Shown here: positions 36,930-48,908 of the stretch, in pieces | Numbering within the stretch: the stretch's first letter is position 1 | How the letters are laid out: the number at the start of each line of letters is the position of its first letter | Assembly (NCBI GenBank): GCA_047967505.1 | Contig: CM106538.1 | Length of the DNA stretch: 64,000 nucleotides | Reading direction: 5' to 3' (one strand) | Origin: Dipteris shenzhenensis | Lineage: Eukaryota | Program-made: the position numbers and the translations under genes | The notes under the pieces: model-generated | Databases searched by the model: none | Told to the model about the DNA's origin: nothing | What the model saw: only the letters and a program-made list of their open reading frames with translations

Positions 36930-39900
36930 GAACAATTGGGCATCCCAGAAGTACCGAACAACTAGGCAGCTGGTAGTACCAAACAACCAAAAATACAACG
37001 AGAATAAGCCACACATGTATGACAAGAGGCGAGCTTGTGTGGATTAGACACAGCTTACATAATCATAGTGGGAATAAATAACAACCTCTTCTCATTTGAA
37101 AGTACCAAACAACCGAGAAGACGAGCATCCGAGATTACTAAGGACATCTAAAAGTAACCAAGAAAATGGGCATCCGGGAACGGTGATCACGTCCAAACAA
37201 GTACTCAATAGTAATGCATATGTGCCACATCCAAATGATCAGTACTTAATAAATAATCCATATGTGCCATGTCCAAACAAGTACTGAAGAAGTAGTCTAT
37301 GTGTGTTCATCTGAAAGACATTGAACCTTGCCATGTGCAAATGAAGATGCAATATGACCATGTCCAAATGAGTACTCAATAAGTGATCCATATGTGTCCA
37401 TCGTGAAAGCTAGATAAATATGTGTCACATCCAAATGAGGACTTAGTAATAATCCATGTACCACGTCCAGACAAGTAAATATGTGTCACATCCAAACGAG
37501 GAGTCAGTAATAATCCATGTACCACATCCAGACGAGTACTCAAGTAGCTAGCCATATGCCACATCCAAATGAGTACTCAAGCAATTAGCCATATGTGCTC
37601 ATAAGTATTGTCACCTAAAACACATTGAACCTTGCCACGTTCTAGAAGTACTGAACAACTGGGCATCCTAGAAGCACCGAACAACTGGGCATCCAGAAAT
37701 ATCGAACAACAAAAAATACAACGAGAATAAGCCACACATGTATGACAAGTGGCAAGCTTGTGTGGATTGGACACAGCTTACATAATCATAGCGGGAATGA
37801 AATGACAACCTCTTTGCATCCGAAAGTACCGAACAATCGGAAAGACGAGCATCCGAGATTACAAAGAACATCCAGAAGTAACCAAGAAAATGGGCATCCA
37901 AGAACGGTGATCACGTCCAAAAAAGTACTCAATAGTAATGCATATGTGCCAAGTCCAAATGAGTACTTAATAAATAATCCATATGTGCCATGTCCAAATG
38001 AGTACTCATGAAGTAATCCATAAGTATCCATCTGAAAGACGTTGAACCTTGCCACATGCAAATGAGTATGCAATATGACCATGTCAAAATGAAAACTCAA
38101 TAAGTAATCCATATGTGTCCATTGTGAAAGCCAGATAAATATGTGTCACATCCAAACGAGGACTTAGTAATAATCCATGTACCACGTCCAGATGAGTAAA
38201 TATGTGTCACATCCAAACGAGGAGTCAGTATTAATCCATTTACCACATCCAGACGAGTACTCAAGTAGCTAGCCATATGCCACGTCCAAATGAGTACTCA
38301 AGCAATTAGCCATATGTGTTCATAAGTATTGTCACCTAAAAGACTTTGAACCTTGCCACATTCAAATGAGTATGCAATAAGTAATCCATAGATGCCACGG
38401 CCAAAGGAGTACTCAATAAGTTAGCCATAGGTGTTCCTCGTGAAAGACATATAAGTATACCTCACCACATAAAGGGCAAAATAAAAGTATGCCTTGCTTG
38501 AACCAATAAGTAAATACATACCATAAGTCATCAATAAGTTAATGAAAAAGAAGGAACAAATCATTGGTCTAGCAAGACCTTGCATGCACTCGTAAATATA
38601 GATGATTATGAAAAACAAAGTAGATGTACTCATCTTGTAGGTATCGAATGTGCATTTAGTCCGTTGGATTGTATCTAGGCATCTGTGCAAACCTGCATGT
38701 ACTTGGAGAAACAACTGAGTGTGATGAAAGAGAACATATGAGCTCACCTTGGATATAAACGAGTGCCTTGAAAATGACAAGAAAACATGTGAGAAGCACC
38801 GTCGCATATGTGAAGTAACGTATCCAAGGAGTAATGATATCAAAGCTAAATAGAAAAGAAACATTAAAATAAAACATGCTAGAATGTTAACAAAGTAAAA
38901 CATTCAGCAAGTCCTTTTCTTTCATAGGATCGACCAACTTATGAAAGTGAAGCTGGTGTTGAATATATGACGAGCAAGTCAAGCAAGATGTTAGCTTATA
39001 AGAGAGAAACAAACATTAGATCGACATTTTCTTTTACATATCAAGCACACCTACATGATATCTAGCCTACTCCAGATCAAATACAATGGATGGCCTATAG
39101 GCATGCTTGATTAACAAAGATGAAAGAGAACTGGCTTTCAAAATCATAAGATAATCGAAAGTAACTCTCACCTTCAAAATAACATAAAACATTTAGGAAA
39201 TCAAAAGTAAGTGATAAGATAATCGAAGAAAATCTAGCCTTCAAAACAATACAAAATATTTTGGAAGCTCCTTTGAATCAATTAGCTCATGCTGAAATTA
39301 AAGCTTGATATAGAATATTTGGCAAGTCTCTTTAACTAAGATTTATGGAAACTTGTAGCTATAGCTAAACTTGCTAGCAAAACAAAATAATACATGTATC
39401 ATCATTGTGAATAAAGCGCCAAGCATATGAATGTAGTGGAATACAAATAACATAACCTTTCAAGTAGAATATCAAGAACAAAGCATTGTATTGAACTACG
39501 ATGATATCATGGTTCCCAATCATGTACAACATTAAAGAAAGTTGGTTTATCTCTATACCAATAGGCAAAGAAAAGCTCCAACACATAGATGTATGTCATA
39601 GTAATTGCTGAAAAACAATCAAGTTTTGTGAGGCACCCAAGTATAGATATTGACAGAGCTCTTTGGTTGAAGTATGTTCTATGAATGTTGAGTATCAAAG
39701 CACTTACACAAAGACTCAGCAATCGATGAACTAAATAAGAAACTGGTCAATAAAGGATGCACTAAATAAAAACTAGCTTAAAATATGTGAAGCATCATTG
39801 GCTTTTACTTTTGCAAAAGCAGTATGAAACCACAAGTGTTGACGCACTATAATCTTCTTTTCACTGATGACGTAATAGAAATAAAAAATTGCTTTCATAT

Positions 39901-41011
39901 GATAGATAACCTTTTGTCCAAGTGATTTTCTCAATCAACTTTCTGGTCTGTTGAACGTATATAATTATCAGTATAAAAGCATGTAGATTGGGCTACCTTA
40001 CTCTTAACAACAAGATTGAGACTCTACTTGGTATCAATTAGATAAGATCTTGATCCCTAAAGATTGACTACGATTACAACAACGATCTTGCGCTCTTGGT
40101 TTTTATGGATATGATCGATGGGTGTTGGGTCTCCTCTTCATCTAAAATTTTATGGAGTCCTATAGCTAAATAAGTTTGTGTTATGTGATTGAGCATCTTA
40201 TTTCTTCATGTGGGAATGTAAAAGCATGATATGCCAATGTGTTAAATCCAAGGGAACACAAATACTAAGTGCAAGATGGTGTGATCAACTGGTGGAGACA
40301 AAAAGCGGGAGGGCGACACCGTATCAGGAAGCTTTTTATCATTAAGTATATTTTTTCATTGCTTTTGCTTTTGCTTCAAATATTGTTGGTTCTATAAAAG
40401 TATGAACCTTTTCCATCCTCATGTCCTAGATCAAGTATTCTCTTTTATGAATGTTCATCTTCCTGTCCAAAGACTCTTCTACCAGTTTATTGATAGCAGA
40501 CAGCAAAAAGAAATAACCATAACTTTCTTACCTGAAATCAAAATATAGTGATCCAACCAGTCAAAATAACTGATGCATATGCTTGAAACAAGACAGCATG
40601 GGCTGTTTTGATCAATCATGACCATAACACTGATTTGCGATGCATCTTTGATAACTTTTGCATATCAACTCAAAACATAGCAATCAAGTAGTCAAAACGA
40701 TCAGAAAGAACGTTCTGTGAATGATCGTGTTGCCAGAATGACAAAAAACATATCGCTTTCTCCTCACAGTCACGCTAGAGCATAGCCACGCTCTGATACC
40801 ATGCTGAGGGGAAGAGAAAGAAGAGAGAGATGAACACAAGAGTTGTGTTGAGAGGAAGAGAAAGAGGAGAGAGACCAACACAAGAGTTGTGTTGAGAGGA
40901 AGAGAAAGAGGAGAGAGACAAACCCTTAAAAGTGATTCTATTTATAGATCATAGGCATATATATAGTTGAGGACTAGGCTGAGTTAGGGCAAGCTATATA
41001 TAGCTCTAATA
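36930..41011 (-). mobile_element. LARD 5' half with PBS (40790-40801) and 5' LTR (40802-41011)
   Basis: GCTCTGATACCA is the reverse complement of PBS-Met. The LTR is homologous to 1576-1754 and has three internal ~37-bp GA-rich repeats instead of two. Confidence 0.85.
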
Positions 41012-41012
41012 T

Positions 41013-41541
41013 ACTTTACAAATTCATAGAGAATAACAAAGCACATAAAGGAAAAAGTTGGCAAAGCATAGGAAAAAATGTTTGGATTTAAAAAAACCAT
41101 GCTACCTCACTTCATATGCACACTCCAAAAAACATAAAGGAGGAAAACTTCATCCAATGGCATGTTGTTGGAGTGTCGGTGTTCAACGGTGTCTTGTCAT
41201 CAAGATTGTTCATCAATTTTCCAAACACATAATGATCCCAAATTGACAGTTACATGGCCTGGTCAATTACCACCTATTCTTTACTTGTAGCTTGAAAATA
41301 CAATTAGAGCAAACAAAAATCAAGTTCTACTTGCATACTTGAACATGTGAGTGCACATAGGGAGTTTCAAAAAAATAAAATTAGGTTCTTGCTAGTGGGA
41401 CACACACATGATCAGATTGATCAGAGGTTTAGTAGATTTTCCATCAAACTTGCAAAGAAACGTTCCTTTCATGTTCTGCAAATTCGTAGTGTGCTAGAAG
41501 ATGCATATGTTCCAATGCCTACCATTGAAGGAATCAAGAAA
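41013..41541 (+). pseudogene. Catalytic region of the DUF7869-type transposase, inverted relative to the rest of its gene
   Basis: Motifs KKTMLPHF, LPPILYL*LENTIRANKN.VLLAYL and FLLVGHTHDQIDQRFSRFS. Confidence 0.75.
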
Positions 41542-42450
41542 AAAAACTTTTTTAATTTGCTCTGCAATGTATGAGAAAAATGAAAAAAAGATGAGAACAA
41601 CTTCTTAATTTCAATTATGTACCCTTTAAAAATAATTAAAAAATCTTAAGAGAAACTAATGTACTCCCCCTTGTCTTCTTTGGTCTTTGCGGTGTCTCTT
41701 TTGCTTTCAATTCTGCACAAATTTGACAAACACCCATCCTGTTCTTCTTAGGAATTTTCACATGAGAGAAATTTTCCTCTAGACTCTCACAAATGAGGGA
41801 AGGGAGAGAGAGTCTCGCATCTCTCCCTAAATGTATCTACATAAATATTGTAGACTTCCTTCTTTGTGAAACAATCTGGCAAATGATTGAATGTAGAATT
41901 TGGGAGGACTTCCCCATTGAGCAAGACAAAAATTTGAAGCCATTGTCTCAACAATGAAAGTTGTGGTGTTTCTTGGGAACCATAAGTTGGATGAAACTCC
42001 TCAAGTCCTTCGCTTAAAATTATTTTCCCCATTCTTAAGTTTCCAAGGGAAAACACTTTCATGAAGATTTCTATGCAAACCTTCATATTGCTAATAAAGT
42101 ACTTGGATGCCAAGGAGGAGGAGGCTCTCACTGAAGTTCTCAAGAAGAAATTGTGTTATCATCTTTTGAACTCAAAGAATTAATGATGCCTTTCTTGCTT
42201 GATTTTTTTAAATCCTAGTGACCTCAAGCATTTCTTTCTACAACAACTACAAAATGCTCTACTTGCATCATGAATGGAAATTCTTGAAAGTATCCATTCC
42301 TTCCTTGCACCTCTTGAAGTTCTTTGGTTAGCATTGCTAGTGTCAATTATGAATGTGCATGTTGAATTCCCAAATGGAAGTCTCTTTGAGGAGGGGGTGT
42401 GGTTAATTGCTTCAATATCATTGCTACAAGTGGAAGTTTGTGAAGGAGAT
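41542..42450 (-). pseudogene. N-terminal region of the DUF7869-type transposase
   Basis: Motifs QWLQIFVLLNGEVLPN...HLPDCFTKKEVY and FSHVKIPKKNRMGVCQICAELK (CxxC). The upper boundary is approximate. Confidence 0.6.
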
Positions 42451-44306
42451 GGACAAAAAGGGAGGACTTGCTAGGACTGCTTCTGAGCTCCATGTTACCA
42501 CTCTATCACAAAACACAAATGAATTATTGCACCTTGTAAACTTAGGCTTTAGAGACATGGAAAGAGTTTGTGGAACCTTTTTTATGGAATTTAATCATTT
42601 AAAATTAAAAAATATACAAATTTTCTAAAAATAGAGAGAGAGTACTTAAAAAGGAGGTGGAGGGCCTTATTTCTCAATTCAAGAGTTGGAATTGGAGCTC
42701 AAGAGCACTATAGAGGCTTGCACACATTTTGTGCAACTTTTAAGAAAAGGTTGGTCTTGTACTTGTCTTGTTTAAACTACATTCTAAAAATATAGTTTTC
42801 TAGAGAACATTACTTAATTTGTGGTTAATGTTTTGGGGTTCCACAAAGGTTTTTTTTTAAAGAGTTCATACGTTTGAAAAAGATAAGGAACAAATTTTGC
42901 TAGTATGAGGTATAGAGTTAGTTATGAGAAGATATTCTTGTCTATAAAATTTGGGTTGATTGCTTATAATTATTGAAACATAATTATATGTGAAAGTACA
43001 CAACATCCAAAGCAAAAGAAATTTCTCTTCTCAATATGAGTCCTCCATTCCAAAAGGAAAATAAGTTAGGATTCCAAAATCCAAACCGTGGAAGTCTTAT
43101 TTTTAAGAAATGGTTCTTTAGAGCTAGTGAAAAGGAAAGTAGGATTCTAGAATTGACTTCATATAAAGATTGGGATTTGTATCCTAACCTTAAATCTTAC
43201 ATTGGTTGTAAAGAAAAGAAATAGCTCTATTTGGGATTCTAGAATCCCAAAGTTTGGGAAGAGTGGATTTCTTGTAGGGGGTTGAGGGGCGATAGCCCCT
43301 TGGGGGGTCTAGAGGCAACACCCCCCTGTGGCGGTGGCCTCATGGGGCTACTCGATAAAAGGGCTGCAATGGGCATTTTTACTTCTATTGATATGAATGA
43401 GACTAATCCTATGATTTCTTGAGGCTGAGTGATAGGTTCCTTGCCTAGCCTATCAATTATGACTCTTTGAAGTTGTAGAAGGCTACATTGTCTTCTTCTT
43501 TTAATCATTGTAGGCCTGGGTCCTATTTGAGCATATGCTGCATTAGGGTAGATCCCTCTATTTTGAAGGGCATATTATTTCTTCTTCTTCTACATCCCTT
43601 TGAGGAACTTGCAAGGCCTTATAAGCTGAGGAGGTTGTCTAATAATTAGGATGGATTATATATGCTCCCTTACTTGACTTGAGCCTTTGCTCAACTTTGT
43701 CTTGGCACATAGGAGTCATTGATTATTTCCAGGATTGGGGTGGGATATTCACCCTTGCCCTCTGATGTTATTTCTTGGACCTGGGCATATATCATTCTGC
43801 TGCCAACTCAAAGGGTTCCACCAAAGAAAGATGAGGTGGCTGGGATGGTTGTATTTCCATACGACCCATCCTGGATGATTACCTTATTGTGTCCCTTATG
43901 AATGTTCATAGCACTCTTTGTACTTATTTGTGAAAATTTAGTTGCCACCTAGGGCTCTGATGCTAGCCTTATCCTATTTGGTGTGTTTGTCAAGCTCTTT
44001 GTTAAGGGCTTTGGGCTACAACCTCGTGATTACATTCAATGATACTAATGACACTTGGCCTCTATCTCTGAATTGTTAATAGGTTAGGCTTGTGGACTTA
44101 GAGGTCCTTCACATGAGGCAATCCTTAAAAAGATGGTCCACCCCATGCCTCGAGCACAATGGATTTGGTGCATTAGACATTGATGTAGGTAGCACGGGTT
44201 TGTTGTCTTTGTGGTCCTGCACACTTATAGCTTTGAATGGGTGGTGTCTTGCTAGGGTTGTCCATCCCTCTCATTTTTTGAGAAATTGATGTCGTTTGGT
44301 AAATGG

Positions 44307-44563
44307 TGACAAAATATGAAGAGGGGAGAGGAGAAGAGTGGAGATGAGGAGAGAGGGCACAGCTAGAGAGCACACCACAAATGACTAACTGTACACTAGA
44401 ATTAGTTGAAAAAATAGAATATATACAAACCCTTTTAGGGTTAGGGTTAGGGAAGCTAACCCTTTCCTTTATAGCACTCTATAAGGTTAGTGCTATGCAC
44501 ATATGATCACGTGATGGTGCTATGCACACATGATCACATGATGTTGAGCGTGAACTCTCAACA
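44307..44563 (-). repeat. 3' LTR of the intact Copia
   Basis: TGACAAAA...ACTCTCAACA. The adjacent PPT at 44564-44574 reads TTGAGGGAAGG on the minus strand. Confidence 0.97.
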
Positions 44564-44651
44564 CCTTCCCTCAAGATCAACATCATGAAGTAGGCCTTCC
44601 CTCAAGATGATGATTCTGGGGAATCGAAGAAGGACTGAGCATTACATTCCA

Positions 44652-47600
44652 TCACACCCCTTTAATGGGAATGTCCTTCCTCTGCATCAAACCAAGAGCT
44701 AGTCGGTGTTTCTCGAATAGCTCTTTACCGAGTGGTTTGGTAAAGATGTCTGCAACATTTTCTTTGCTATCACAATGCTGCAGTGTGATGTCACCAAGTA
44801 ACACTCTTTCTCTGATGAAGTGCTCTCTGACATCAATGTGCTTTGTCCTGGAGTGATATACTGGATTTTTGGCCAATGCTTGAGCCGATTGATTATCACA
44901 GTATATTGTTGTTGGCTTTGACTCATCAAAGTAATCTGTTTCTGACAATAGTCTTCTGAGCCATATAGCCTCACATGCACCTGTAGTGAGTGCTCTATAT
45001 TCTGCTTCAGTTGAAGACAAAGAAACAGTTGGCTGTTTGTTTGACAACCATGATATAGCACCTTGACCAAGGAAAAATGCATATCCCTGTGTCGATCTCC
45101 TGGTCTCATGATCTCCAGCATAGTCACTATCACAGTATCCATGCAACCGTGGATGACTTCCTCTGTATTCTATCCCAAATTGTCTTGTACCTCTGATGTA
45201 TCGCAAGACTCTTTTGGCTGCATTCCAGTGAGACTGTTTTGGATTTGCCATAAATTGTGCTAGTGAGCTTACTGCATAACAAATATCTGGCCGTGTGATT
45301 GTCAGATATATAAGAGATCCAATGAGTTGCCTGTAGTATCTGTCATTGACTGTAGGCTTTTCTGAATCTTTAGTAAGTTTCAAACTCTGTTCCATGGGAG
45401 TGGCTGCAATCTTGCAATCTGCCATATGAAACTTCTTCAGGAGACTGTCAACATATTTGAGCTGACTCATGAATGTGCTATCTGAATCTCTCCAGAACTC
45501 AATTCCAAGACAATAGTGCATAAGTCCAAGATCTTTCATGTCGAACTCTGCAGATAAGTCTTGTTTTAGTTTTCTGATGAAGCTATCCTTGCTTCCTGTC
45601 ACAATCAGATCATCTACGTACAAAAGTGCAATAGTAATATCTTCCCCTTGAACTGTGTAGTAGAGAGTATGATCTGCATTGGACTTCATGTATCCCAGAT
45701 CAGCAAAATACTTGTCAATTCTGCTGTACCAACTTCTGGGTGCTTGCTTTAAGCCATAGAGACTTTTCTTGAGATGGCAAACCTTGTTCTCCTGTCCTGG
45801 TTCAACATAACCGGCTGGTTGTTGCATGTAGACTTCCTCGTCTAGATAACCATTGAGAAATGCATTCTTGACATCGAGCTGATACACATTCCATTTACTG
45901 AGTGTCGCTAGTGATATCAAGAACCGTATGGAATCCATCTTTGCTACTGGAGCATAAGTCTCATCATAATCTTGACCATATTGTTGTGCAAATCCTTTTG
46001 CAACTAATCTGGCTTTGTATCTCTGAATACTGCCATCTGGATTGTACTTCACTTTGTATACCCATTTGTTGGCTATGGCCTTCTTTCCTGGTGGAAGGTC
46101 GCATAATTCCCAAGTGTTGTTTTTATACAAAGCATCCATTTCTTCATTCATTGCAGTTTGCCATTCTGGCTTATCTACTGCATCTTCGAAGTACACTGGC
46201 TCTTCTGTAGCCAGAATGGTAGTCATAAGAGCATAGTTGGTGGTTTCCACCTGAATTGCTTTGCCTTTCTGAGCATATGTCAATCTGGCTGGTGGTCTGC
46301 TTTCCCTAGTAGACCGTCTGAGCTGCTGTGACGCTGATTGGGGTGTTGCTGGCAATTCTTGCTCTTCTTCATCAACCTGTTCTGTAGATGACTGTGAAGT
46401 CGATGCTTCTATCTCCTGTGTAGGTGAGGTTTTCCATTCTGATTCCTCATCGAAGATTACATCTCTGGAGATGATGACTTTGCGGTTGATGGGATCATAC
46501 AATTTGTATGCTTTACTTTCTTCACTGTAGCCAACCATGATGCATTTGCGTGACTTCGCATCCAATTTCCTGCGATGATCATCATGTATGTGGGCATATG
46601 CTATGCAACCAAATATGCGGAGATGCCCAATGCGTGGCTTGTGTCCAGTGAATGCTTCATAAGGAGTCATTCCTTGTATCGGTTCGGTAGGAAGCCGATT
46701 AAGCAAGTAGTTAGCTGTAGCTATTGCTTCTGCCCAATACTGATTTGGAAGATGCTTTTCACTAAGCATTGCTCTAGCACTGTCTGCTAAAGTCCCATTC
46801 TTCCTTTCAGCTATTGCATTTTGCTGAGGAGTATCTGCACATGTGAATTGTCTTCGAATGCCGTGAGTTTTGCAAAAGTTCATGAAGGCTGAAGACATGT
46901 ATTCACCTCCTCTGTCTGATCTCATGACCTTGATCTTTCTGCCTGTTTGGTTCTCTACCATGGCTTTAAATTCTTGAAATCTTGCAAACACTTCAGATTT
47001 TTCTTTCAGAAAGTAGACCCAACAATATCTGCTGTAGTCGTCGATGAAGGTCAAGTAATAAAGTGAACCATTGATGCTGCGGGTCTGGGCATAACCCCAT
47101 ACATCTGTATGAATTAAATCAAGAATACCTCGTGCACGAGAGGTACTTCTGACAAAGTTGGTTCGCTTTTGTTTACCGAAGCAGCATGCTTCACAAACCT
47201 TTCCAAGAAACTGTAGCTTCGGAATCCCAATTGCCATATTTTGATTCCTTAGATCTAACAAGTACTTGAAGTTGACATGACCATATCTCTTGTGCCATTT
47301 TGCAGATAGTGGCATCTGTTGCATTTGAGCTGACATGGCATGCTTATCTGGTACTGTAGCTAGCATCCTGTATAAGCGTCCTTCCTTGACACCTTTTGCT
47401 ACTAGCTGACCTCTTTTGGATTTGTCTCTGATAGTGCATTCATCACCGTCGAAGATGACTTTGTAGTTGTGTTCCGTCATTTGACCTACTGACAAAAGGT
47501 TCTTACTGAGCTTCGGAACATAGAGCACATCTTTGACTAATCCTTTTGTACCAGTGAAATTGTTCATAGGGATAACACCTGTCCCTTGAACCGGATTCGG

Positions 47601-48908
47601 TGTATTGTCTGCTGTATAGATGACATTCTTTTGACCTTCTAATGGCTTCATTTCTGTGAACCATTCCTGATGATTTGTCATATGAGATGACGCACCGCTG
47701 TCGATGTACCAAGGATCTTGTTCCACTTGGTCGACTTGATAGCTGAAATCCTCTTTGGGATTGAAATCAGTGTCTTGGTGCATTGTATCAGTCTGATGCA
47801 ATTCCTCACTTGCAAGAAACATATTGCCATGTTCATTTGCAAAATGACTGTGACTAGAATGTCCACCACGATGATTTCCTCTTCCTCGGGAATTCCCTCG
47901 ATTACTGCTGGATTGACCGCCTTGGTCATACTGCTTCTTGCGGCAATCTCTTTCATAGTGTCCAAACTTGTGACAATAGTTGCATTGAATGTTTGACACA
48001 TTGGTGGATGCATTCCCTCGTCCTTGGAATCTTCCTCGGTTGGAATGATTTCCTCTTTGCTGATTTTGATGTTGCTGAGGATGCTGCTGATGCTGATGCT
48101 GATTCTGACTTTGATTTTGACCACTTTTCTGATATGATCTACCTCTGTTTCTGCCTTTGCCTCTGCTTCTGTCTGAAGCGGTGAATGCCTGATCATTAGA
48201 ATGACCTTTACGTGCTTGAATGGCCTGAGTCCTGAGTTCTTCACCAAGTAGAATTGACTGAAGTTCTTCCAGTGTTGGAATTTGCCGTTGGATGGCAATA
48301 CTCTGGACCAGATTCTCATATCCTTCTCCTAGTCCATTCAGGATTACTTGAACCATTTCTGCGGGATTCATAGTCTCTCCTGCTGCTGCAAGTTGATTGT
48401 TGTAGTCTTTGATGCGGAGTACATAAGCATGACCGGTTTCACTGCTGTTGCGGAAACTCTGGTTGATCTGGTTTCTCAGGGTGAGAATCCTGGATGTGTT
48501 CTTGGACTCGTAGAGAGCTGCGAACATATCCCATGCTTCTTTTGATGTCTTGACTGTGTTGAGCTGTCCTAGCATGACATCTTGCACATTCTGCTTGATC
48601 AGGTGATAGGCATACTTGTCTTTCTTATCCCATTCTGCTTGAGCTCGGGCAATGGCAGGATCTGCTACTGGTGCGGAAACCGTTTGTGTAGATGTAGATC
48701 CCGATGTAGATCCCGTTGCTGGTGCTGTGACAACAGATGGAGTAGAGCTACTGGTGGCTGGATCGGCAAATGGTCTAGGTATGGATCCATCAACATACTC
48801 CCATTTGTCCTGAAGCACAAGAATGGTCTCCATTCGGTATTTCCATGTACCGTAATTGGAGTTGTCTAACTTAGCAGATGCCTCCAGATTGAGGTTGCTA
48901 GTCGACAT
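44652..48908 (-). CDS. gag-pol: Copia Gag-Pol polyprotein, 1418 aa
   Basis: Gag (NYGTWKYRM, UBN2-like), zinc knuckle CNYCHKFGHYERDC, protease WYIDSGAS, pre-integrase WHKRYGH..CEAC, integrase IHTDVWG/RSDRGGEY/AERKN, RT QLDVKNAFLNG/LYVDD, RNase H DSDYAG/EAEY/CDNQSA/ADIFTK. Domain order is copia. Confidence 0.98.
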   Translation of the reverse strand: MSTSNLNLEASAKLDNSNYGTWKYRMETILVLQDKWEYVDGSIPRPFADPATSSSTPSVVTAPATGSTSGSTSTQTVSAPVADPAIARAQAEWDKKDKYAYHLIKQNVQDVMLGQLNTVKTSKEAWDMFAALYESKNTSRILTLRNQINQSFRNSSETGHAYVLRIKDYNNQLAAAGETMNPAEMVQVILNGLGEGYENLVQSIAIQRQIPTLEELQSILLGEELRTQAIQARKGHSNDQAFTASDRSRGKGRNRGRSYQKSGQNQSQNQHQHQQHPQQHQNQQRGNHSNRGRFQGRGNASTNVSNIQCNYCHKFGHYERDCRKKQYDQGGQSSSNRGNSRGRGNHRGGHSSHSHFANEHGNMFLASEELHQTDTMHQDTDFNPKEDFSYQVDQVEQDPWYIDSGASSHMTNHQEWFTEMKPLEGQKNVIYTADNTPNPVQGTGVIPMNNFTGTKGLVKDVLYVPKLSKNLLSVGQMTEHNYKVIFDGDECTIRDKSKRGQLVAKGVKEGRLYRMLATVPDKHAMSAQMQQMPLSAKWHKRYGHVNFKYLLDLRNQNMAIGIPKLQFLGKVCEACCFGKQKRTNFVRSTSRARGILDLIHTDVWGYAQTRSINGSLYYLTFIDDYSRYCWVYFLKEKSEVFARFQEFKAMVENQTGRKIKVMRSDRGGEYMSSAFMNFCKTHGIRRQFTCADTPQQNAIAERKNGTLADSARAMLSEKHLPNQYWAEAIATANYLLNRLPTEPIQGMTPYEAFTGHKPRIGHLRIFGCIAYAHIHDDHRRKLDAKSRKCIMVGYSEESKAYKLYDPINRKVIISRDVIFDEESEWKTSPTQEIEASTSQSSTEQVDEEEQELPATPQSASQQLRRSTRESRPPARLTYAQKGKAIQVETTNYALMTTILATEEPVYFEDAVDKPEWQTAMNEEMDALYKNNTWELCDLPPGKKAIANKWVYKVKYNPDGSIQRYKARLVAKGFAQQYGQDYDETYAPVAKMDSIRFLISLATLSKWNVYQLDVKNAFLNGYLDEEVYMQQPAGYVEPGQENKVCHLKKSLYGLKQAPRSWYSRIDKYFADLGYMKSNADHTLYYTVQGEDITIALLYVDDLIVTGSKDSFIRKLKQDLSAEFDMKDLGLMHYCLGIEFWRDSDSTFMSQLKYVDSLLKKFHMADCKIAATPMEQSLKLTKDSEKPTVNDRYYRQLIGSLIYLTITRPDICYAVSSLAQFMANPKQSHWNAAKRVLRYIRGTRQFGIEYRGSHPRLHGYCDSDYAGDHETRRSTQGYAFFLGQGAISWLSNKQPTVSLSSTEAEYRALTTGACEAIWLRRLLSETDYFDESKPTTIYCDNQSAQALAKNPVYHSRTKHIDVREHFIRERVLLGDITLQHCDSKENVADIFTKPLGKELFEKHRLALGLMQRKDIPIKGV

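Noticed and set aside
44434-44452. Interstitial telomere or chromosome-fusion scar
   Set aside because: Only three units, present in both LTRs, so it is part of the element.
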